Assembly: GCA_951406725.2 (NCBI GenBank)
Contig: OX597823.1
Span: 57,164,001-57,228,000, forward strand
DNA: 64,000 bases
Reading direction: 5' to 3'
Source: Octopus vulgaris
Lineage: Eukaryota
Shown here in pieces: positions 56,494 to 64,000 of this stretch. Position numbers and translations under genes: made by a program. Numbering within the stretch: the stretch's first letter is position 1; each line of letters starts with the position of its first letter. The notes beneath the pieces are model-generated. The model was given only the letters and a program-made list of their open reading frames with translations. It did not search any database and had not been told where the DNA came from.

Positions 56494-57411
56494 TGTATGT
56501 ATGTATGTATGTATGTATGTATGTATGTATGTATTATATAAATACATACAATACAACGTAGGCCATTAGGGATATATAAGTATAGAATTAATCAAAACCT
56601 TTAATTCGAAGAAAACTATTCCAAGTTCTCCAAGTACTATCAGATAGTAAAAACTGTCTGTATAAATACGAACAGTTTAAGAAACCATCTGAAATTACAA
56701 TCTTGACGCTAATCCTCAACATTTATATGAGAAAGTAAAAAGAGGTAAAATCTCAGCGTTTGATCAAATAACTAGAAATAAAAGTTTCCAACTGTTGAAA
56801 AGCGTCACACTTGAATACAACCCTCTAACACAACACTAACATGAATAGGAGAACGTAGGCTATAAATTCACCAACATTCACAAAGGCCGAATTATATGTA
56901 TATAATGAATGGAATAATGCTAGGTAGAAGGTTTAATAATTAAAATAGTGAGATAACATTTAGAGGTTCAAAATAAGGTTTCTCATCTGTTTTATTAAGT
57001 AAAAAGACTGTTGATTGCATTAGATAATTCTAAGTCTGAAAACCTTCAAAATCTGATTTCTTTGTCGAGTGAGAGAAACATCGTACATGAAAAATTTCGA
57101 AAGCTCTTTTAAGGTTACTTGCAAAAAAATGAACAGCTTTTGTGAACCAGTCGTTGTTACTGGGAGTAATATCGCCCTCATGTGGGTTGGGCAAATATGT
57201 GTAATAGGTGAATTTGTTTTGATGGACAATGAAACGTTTCCAGAGGGAAATTGTTTCAAGAATAAAATTGAACTGCCAAATTTCTATAAAAAAACAACAA
57301 CAAAAAAAACGAATTTCGTAGTATAAGTATAAATTGTATTACGAGACGTGAATGGATACATTCCCAGAGGTGGTTCACTTCCAAGCTTTACCATTTTATA
57401 GAAGTAAATAC

Positions 57412-57815
57412 TCTTACTCTTTTACTCTTTTACTTGTTTCAGTCATTTGACTGCGGCCATGCTGGAGCACCGCCTTTTAGTCGAGCAAATCGACCCCGGG
57501 ACTTATTCTTTGTAAGCCCAGTACTTATTCTATCGGTCTCTTTTGCCGAACCGCTAAGTTACGGGGACGTAAACACACCAGCATCGGTTGTCAAGCAATG
57601 CTAGGGGAACAAACACAGCCACACAAACATACACACACATATATATATATATATACATATATACGACAGGCTTCTTTCAGTTTCCTTCTACCAAATCCAC
57701 TCGCAAGGCATTGGTCGGCCCGAGGCTATAGCAGAAGACACTTGCCCAAGATGCCACGCAGTGGGACTGAACCCAGAACCATGTGGCTGGTAGGCAAGCT
57801 ACTTACCACACAGCC
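57412..57815 (-). mobile_element. SINE family B, near full length
   Basis: Reverse complement of 36541-36950. Confidence 0.92.
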
Positions 57816-58298
57816 AATTCACTAATTAAAAAAATGCGAAAATATTTGAATTCTGAAATAGTTCCCGCCCCAATCATTTTCGATGAAAGACTTATCAACT
57901 GTCGTTTTCTGCTATTAAAATATTGGGGAGCAAGATGATTGGATGAAACGTAAATTCAGGAAACAACTTAACTTTTATACTTTCGAACGATTGAGAAAAC
58001 CTTGATGTGGTTGCTTGACTTGCTAGAAATAGGAGCCATGTCACAACTGCCGGTTTAATACAAAAAGAATAACATTGTTTAATGTAATCTGGGAAAAATT
58101 AGGTCTTAAAAGACGTTGCTTGATTAGACATGAATAATTTTGACCATAAGTCCAATTATTGTATGAGGCATTCCTATGAACAGTAGTTTCTTCGTAAAGC
58201 CTATTTCTGCCTGTGTTGTACAGAACGGTTCTACTTAAATGTTCCTATCAGAAACCCTTTTAACTATGCCATCTGCAAAATTTTGAATGGTTGGACGA

Positions 58299-58339
<41 letters not shown>

Positions 58340-59068
58340 GTGTGTATGTGGTGTGTGTATGTGTGTGTGGTGTGTATGTGGTATGTGCGTGTGCGTGCAT
58401 GTGTGTGTGTGTATGATTTCCACGTAGGTTTTTCCGTCGAGATTGTTTGCCTATTGTTATATTTAATGTGATGTCTCAAAAAAGATGATTAGATTGTTAC
58501 TAATGAGATATTCGAAACGAATTACTTGAATATTCCTATCAGATATTTTAAAACATCTATCCAGAACATTGTATTATTCTGTATAAGATTATTTTGCCGT
58601 CATTTCTATACAATCCGAAGGTATAAAATGTAAGCTATGAAGTGTATGCTCTTTCGAATATCTCAGTTCCTTTAACCAAGGTGAAGACAAATAGAAGGAC
58701 CCAGTAGGAATCGTTATGGAATGAGGACGACTTCTTGCCATAGCAAAGTTTTTCCTTGTATTATCAGAGTGTCCAGAAGTTTAAAGAGAGATTGCTATTT
58801 TTAAATAAAATAAAATTGCTATTTTTAAATAAAAAATGAATTTACAGATTTTTTTATTACTATAATAAAGGGCAGGGCTGCAACTCTGGTAGACTGATAT
58901 AGCATTTCTCATTCTAAAGTATTGAGAAGGCGCTTGGTGACTTATCCCAAATTTTCTCTTACAACGTCATGTTTAATCTTCGTTCAAAGCGTGAGCGGAC
59001 ATTGGCTTTATGTTACTCAAGAGAGATGTAAGGTTTGCGCATACATACATACATGCATATGTATGTGC

Positions 59069-59122
<54 letters not shown>

Positions 59123-59142
59123 GTATATAAATAGATATAAAA

Positions 59143-59388
59143 AATTTTATAATTATAAACATAATTATAATTAGAGTTTAGCAAAATTGCTTCACCACAT
59201 ACCGAAATTTAGAAACAGCAGTTATATGCTATTCTGCTACCATAAGGTATCTCCCAGACAGCAATACTTTCAACTGGGAGATATCTTATGGTAGTAGAAT
59301 AGTATTTAACTGCTATTTCTAAATTACGGTATGTGGTGAAGCAATTTTGCTAAACCCTAATTATAATTATGTTTATAATTATAAAATT
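59143..59388. repeat. Long inverted repeat (foldback), ~115-bp arms, 16-nt spacer
   Basis: 59143-59257 is the reverse complement of 59274-59388 with about seven mismatches and no indels seen. Confidence 0.95.
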
Positions 59389-59939
59389 ACACACACATAT
59401 TTTATACGGCTTGAGATGCTTGCTTTGCCTTAATTTTTGTTGTCCTCTTTAACAATTATATGTATATGTGTGTGTGTATGTGTCTGTACACACAACACAC
59501 ACACATATACGTTTTCAAATTCAAGGAATGGAGTAGATAAAATCCTGGTTACATATGTACCATAGCTGGCAGAATCTCGGAAGCAGTACTTACTCAATCG
59601 AGGGTTAATCTACTAGCTTGCTCATGAGGTCAAAGATACCGTAGTGAAACGGTGGTTACATTATCGTCAAGGGATTCTTTGTTAACTCTCAGTAGATTTG
59701 ATCAAAAATGCGTGATATCAATCCCAGCTCCTAACCGTGAAATATAGAATAACGTTTTGTTAGCTTATCGAACTTCGTATGGGAAAAATTTACAACCTTC
59801 TATGTCAATAAACCACTTTTGTTCCCGAAAGTTTATTTTTATATCATCTACGAACAGTTCCTACATCTTGATCCTTGGACCATACCTTTACACACACGCG
59901 TGCACGCACACACACATACACACATACACACATACACAC

Positions 59940-60303
59940 AGTGGACTTCTTTCAGCTTCTGTCTTTCACATCTACTCACAAGACATTGGTCGGTCAGATT
60001 CTACAGTAGAAACCATCTGCCCAAGGTACCATGCAGTGGGACTGAACCTAGAACTAGGTAGTTTGGAAGCAAGCTTCTTACTAAACAGCCCGCCTGCGCA
60101 TGCGCCTGCGTGTAAGAGAATTAATAATTATTTCTATTATAATTTACTAGGCCTGAAATGTTGGCACAGTGCGCATCTGGTACTTATTTCATCGACACCA
60201 AAAGGATAAAAGGCAAAGTGGAATCGGCAAAAATTGAACTCATAACGTAGAGACAGACGAAAAGCCGCTGAGCATTTTGTCTGGCCTGTTAACGATTCTG
60301 CCA
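59940..60303 (-). mobile_element. Degenerate SINE B 5' half followed by degenerate SINE A
   Basis: GCCCAAGGTACCATGCAGTGGGACTGAACC, and CTGGTACTTATTTCATCGAC...AAAGGCAAAGT...TAACGATTCTGCCA. Confidence 0.7.
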
Positions 60304-61775
60304 AACGAAACCCAGAATGTAAAAAAGGAATGCAGCAACGATTGACAAAACTTCATATAGTGTAAGTTTGATGTTATTAAAAATTTTAATATGTAATAGG
60401 TTTTCGATTTTTGTTTCTTCCTTTTGTTCTGTTTTGCTTGTTTTTTTTCCTCGTCAAGAATTTCTAGACAAAAGCAAGATAACCGCAGCTTGTGCTCGTA
60501 ATGGTCAGTCAATCAGGTTAGCTACTGCTCAGAATTGTTGTTTATATCATCCTTGTTCTCAACCAAACTCTGGCTGCTGGAATCAAGAGGACTGATTTCG
60601 CCGCCGCTGCTATTCGAACCAATGGCCATCTCCAGCAGGTGTGTGTGTACGTGCGATGAGTATGTATGAGTCTGTAAAACATCTTATGACAAAATCCTTT
60701 TAGCATAATAAGTAATAAGTTTGAATCTGATACACAAAATGCAATGACGTCAGCTTAATTTTTCTATAGACTTAGAAGACATTGTTCAATGGTACCATAC
60801 GGATACACACGCACTCACAAAAATACAAATACGCATACACACACAAACACACACGCACTCACATATATATATAGGTATATACACAGGCAAATATTCATAG
60901 ATCTGAACAAATCCATACATACGTACACATACGCTCACTTATACACACACAGTCTTGTCACATTGTTAACAACTATACTTCTAATAAACACGTAGTGCAG
61001 CTATAATTTGATAAGACACAATGCTAATACATATGTTTACTTTATGAATAAATAATAAACATTAATATGAAATTAATTTAAGCTCTATTAACTTCTTGAA
61101 ATAGAATAGATTACAATGCTGGTCAGTGACACTGGGCTGCTTGTAGATTGACAACGAAGCAAATCTGTGCTTTTATATTGTTTGTTACCTGGCCGAGCTT
61201 TCAGACTTGTTTCGTCAAATATTTTGGGTCAGTGATTTGTTTTGGTTCGATACTTGCTCGGTGATCCGTACGTAATATCATGCGCTATCCTTATAATATT
61301 ACATCAGAAGAGTCGATCACACAGTAAATTTTATATGCATATGAGTGTGTGTATGCGTAAGCAGAACTTTGGAAGAGCTGTGTCCCGGAAGAACCATGCC
61401 TTGTATGCAAGAAAAGGTGTACATTATTCGTATACAAACCTACATCTACACACACACACACACACACACAAACACATATACATCAACAAAAAGAGTGCAG
61501 TGGACGATGGAAATGGAAAAGCCAATGTTTCAGACAGTGTTTTTAGAGAAATTATTCAGAAAGCAGAGTTTTATATTCTGTTGTGTCTGGGGAGAGTCAT
61601 TTTATTTTTGTGCCTTATAATGTAACACACTCACAGGTAAAATTTCCACTTATTTCTTATTTTTATTTTCTTAAAACTTTCGTTGCGTCTTGCAACCTTT
61701 TCAATAGTCTTGAAAAAACTGTTTACAACTAATAAAAAACACGGCAACGGGAACATTTTACGCAAACAGGAAATA

Positions 61776-61826
<51 letters not shown>

Positions 61827-62574
61827 CGACAGACAGACAGACAGACAGAGCGATGGATGTAGAAAGAAGGAGGAATGAACGGAGAAGAAGCGAATGAAGT
61901 CGAGGATGAAGTGAAAAGAAAAGATGAGGTGATAAGAAAGCGGTTACTAAACACTACAGGCCATTCCATTATTCACTTAAAAACCTGAAGTATCGATGCA
62001 CACCCTAAACCCACATTTTCATGGAACAATGTTTCGTATTCGAACTTGATCCGTTGTCACAAGTTTAAACAAACGTCTTTCTCTATACTCCTACACCTCC
62101 TCTTAGTTCTGTATAAGATGTGATGGGAAAATATTAATAGCTTCGTTTAATTACCTTTGAATACCCCTCTAGCTGTTACCGGTGAATCAAAGATGAAGCG
62201 CAGGTGCAACAGAGCGGAATCTGTTAAGATACTTATCAAGCAGGTGGGTCTAATGAACTGAAGTGGAATTTGTGGTCTAAATACAGTGACCCCTTTCATG
62301 ATATACAACAGAGTAGGAAACTAAAGAAAATTTTTGTCGAAAGTGAAGTAACTTGTATGGAAAGGAGAAAACAAATCATAGTGTTTCGGAGAGGTTTTGT
62401 CCATAGCAGTAGTTTTGTTCGGTAATACCCCGCCGATACACATACATTGATAGATGCATATACACATATACATATACATAAATGCACACACACATAAATT
62501 CAAACACGCACATACATACTCTCAGGCATATTGGCAAACTGGGCCGAATGCATAACTGGCCCAAGAAGCTATCT

Positions 62575-63743
62575 AAAAAATTGGATAGACAATGACAAGG
62601 TACGACTATTTTTAACAAAATTGTCCCCTGCGGAACACGAAAAATACTGTAACTACGTTCTGCCAAAAAAATAAAAATAATAATAATAATAATATATAAA
62701 TAAAAAAAATGTGATTTGTTTCGATGAAACAAATTGTTATCGAAAATTTTCAGTAAGGGACGTTCTCTGTTCAATATACGCTGGGAGTGTTTCAGTTTAT
62801 ATGATGAAGATTTCATCACTTATGCCGCAGTCGTCAACAGAGTATGAAAAATTCAAACTAAATTAACCTCGGACAAGTTCAAATGTTTAATTTTTGTTCA
62901 AGGGTTGACTGCAAGCAAAGACGCAGAGATATGTGTCTGGATATTGCCCAAATTAGACCAGGATCAGAATTTAAACTCTGCAGGAATGTCAGAGCATTAT
63001 TAATCTACATGACGCAAATGAAATCTAAGAACAGGATTAGCCTAACATACATGCGCGTCGACCTATAACGTGTAAGGAAAAAGAAAAACGAAGATCAAGA
63101 CCCAATCTATGTTATGGGTGCGGAGGTCTACATTATAGAAATAACTGACCGTTTTAAAATGTAAAATATTTTAACTGTCAAAATATCGGACATAAAAGCC
63201 CACATTGCAGAGTAAGTAAAAAAGGTCGAACGAAAGAAATTCTGGGAAGGTTTTCTCAACAGAAAGTCTAGACGAGGCTCACAAAAGAAAGTTTGTGTGC
63301 ATAAAAATTAATAATGTGAACGTGAAGTTACAGTTAGACACAGGCAGTGATATTACAATTATTAACACTGACACAGGGAAAATAGGAAAGTTTACATTAA
63401 TGGAAACTTCAAAAATTGCGAAAGGTCTCTTAGGAAAAAAAATTACATTTTGGGGTGAAATGATAACCGAGGTTAAATTTCGGGCTAAAATTTTGTAAAC
63501 AAAAGTTTTTGTGTTAAATAATGCAACAATTTGTTCGGTACTGACTGGATGGAATTGTTTAATTTATGGGACCTCTCCATAAATCTGTTCTGTAAAAATC
63601 TAAATGGTTTTCCCTCTATTAAAAATAAGTCGTCAGACGATTGGAAAGAAAAGTAAATGGCACGTACAACTTGATTGTAGTTGATAGTTATACTAAGTGG
63701 TCGGAAATATGTAGATGTAGGAAACCAGCATCTAAGGGGGAGA
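62575..63743 (+). pseudogene. Decayed Ty3/Gypsy internal region: gag, protease, integrase fragment, PPT
   Basis: Gag pieces DKVRLFLTKLSPAEHEKYCNYVLPK and FKCLIFVQGL; twin zinc knuckles CYGCGGLH...NCQNIGHKSPHC; protease KLQLDTGSDITII; integrase piece LIVVDSYTKWSE; PPT AAGGGGGAGA at 63734-63743. RT/RNaseH absent. Confidence 0.88.
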
Positions 63744-63956
63744 TTTTGTGACGAGAGTCATTGACACCCCTGTGGGATTGGAAGTATGAACTAGCCGAAC
63801 TCTGATAAAGAGTAGCGTGTTGGTTGAGACGCAGGAGTCGTATGAGCCGTTAAGAGTGCATTTATTGGAGTGTTGAGTGGAGTAATTTCAAGCACGCCGT
63901 GTGAAGACAGTCTGTGTCTTCGTGAAATCTGTATATCCAACTTATAGAAGGATATA
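63744..63956 (+). mobile_element. Gypsy LTR
   Basis: Homologous at both ends to the solo LTR at 34752-35020; directly follows the PPT. Confidence 0.85.
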
Positions 63957-63960
63957 AAAG

Positions 63961-63972
63961 TGGCGACGAGGA
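63961..63972 (+). promoter_or_regulatory. Primer-binding site (complementary to a tRNA 3' end, probably tRNA-Ser GCU)
   Basis: TGGCGACGAGGA, 4 nt after the LTR end; complement of ...TCCTCGTCG-CCA. Confidence 0.7.
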
Positions 63973-64000
63973 TATCCACTTATAAAAATGATATACCATA

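Noticed and set aside
57020-57326. Overlapping 79-aa and 85-aa ORFs of normal composition
   Set aside because: No recognisable motif or clear exon borders; lengths within chance expectation.

Overview
This is AT-rich, repeat-dense eukaryotic genomic DNA. It is most likely from a coleoid cephalopod (Octopus-like), inferred from the SINE families and the extreme (TA)n/(CA)n/(TATC)n/(TTA)n density. I recognise no intact host protein-coding gene, tRNA or rRNA, and nearly all listed ORFs are microsatellite read-through, so the window looks intronic or intergenic. Contents: at least three tRNA-derived SINE families (many copies); 5'-truncated Dong/R4-like (REL endonuclease) and Tx1/L1-like non-LTR retrotransposons in microsatellites; RTE and CR1 remnants; decayed mariner and hAT pieces; a decayed Ty3/Gypsy element plus a related solo LTR; and a ~1.35 kb local duplication. 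The most notable observations are several minimal hammerhead-ribozyme cores in Penelope-like remnants, a Gypsy LTR with a PPT before it and a PBS after it, a ~245 bp near-perfect foldback, a duplication whose substitutions cluster in its SINE, and several locally templated insertions. I did not find a convincing new multi-gene system. Family assignments come from motif recognition, not database searches.
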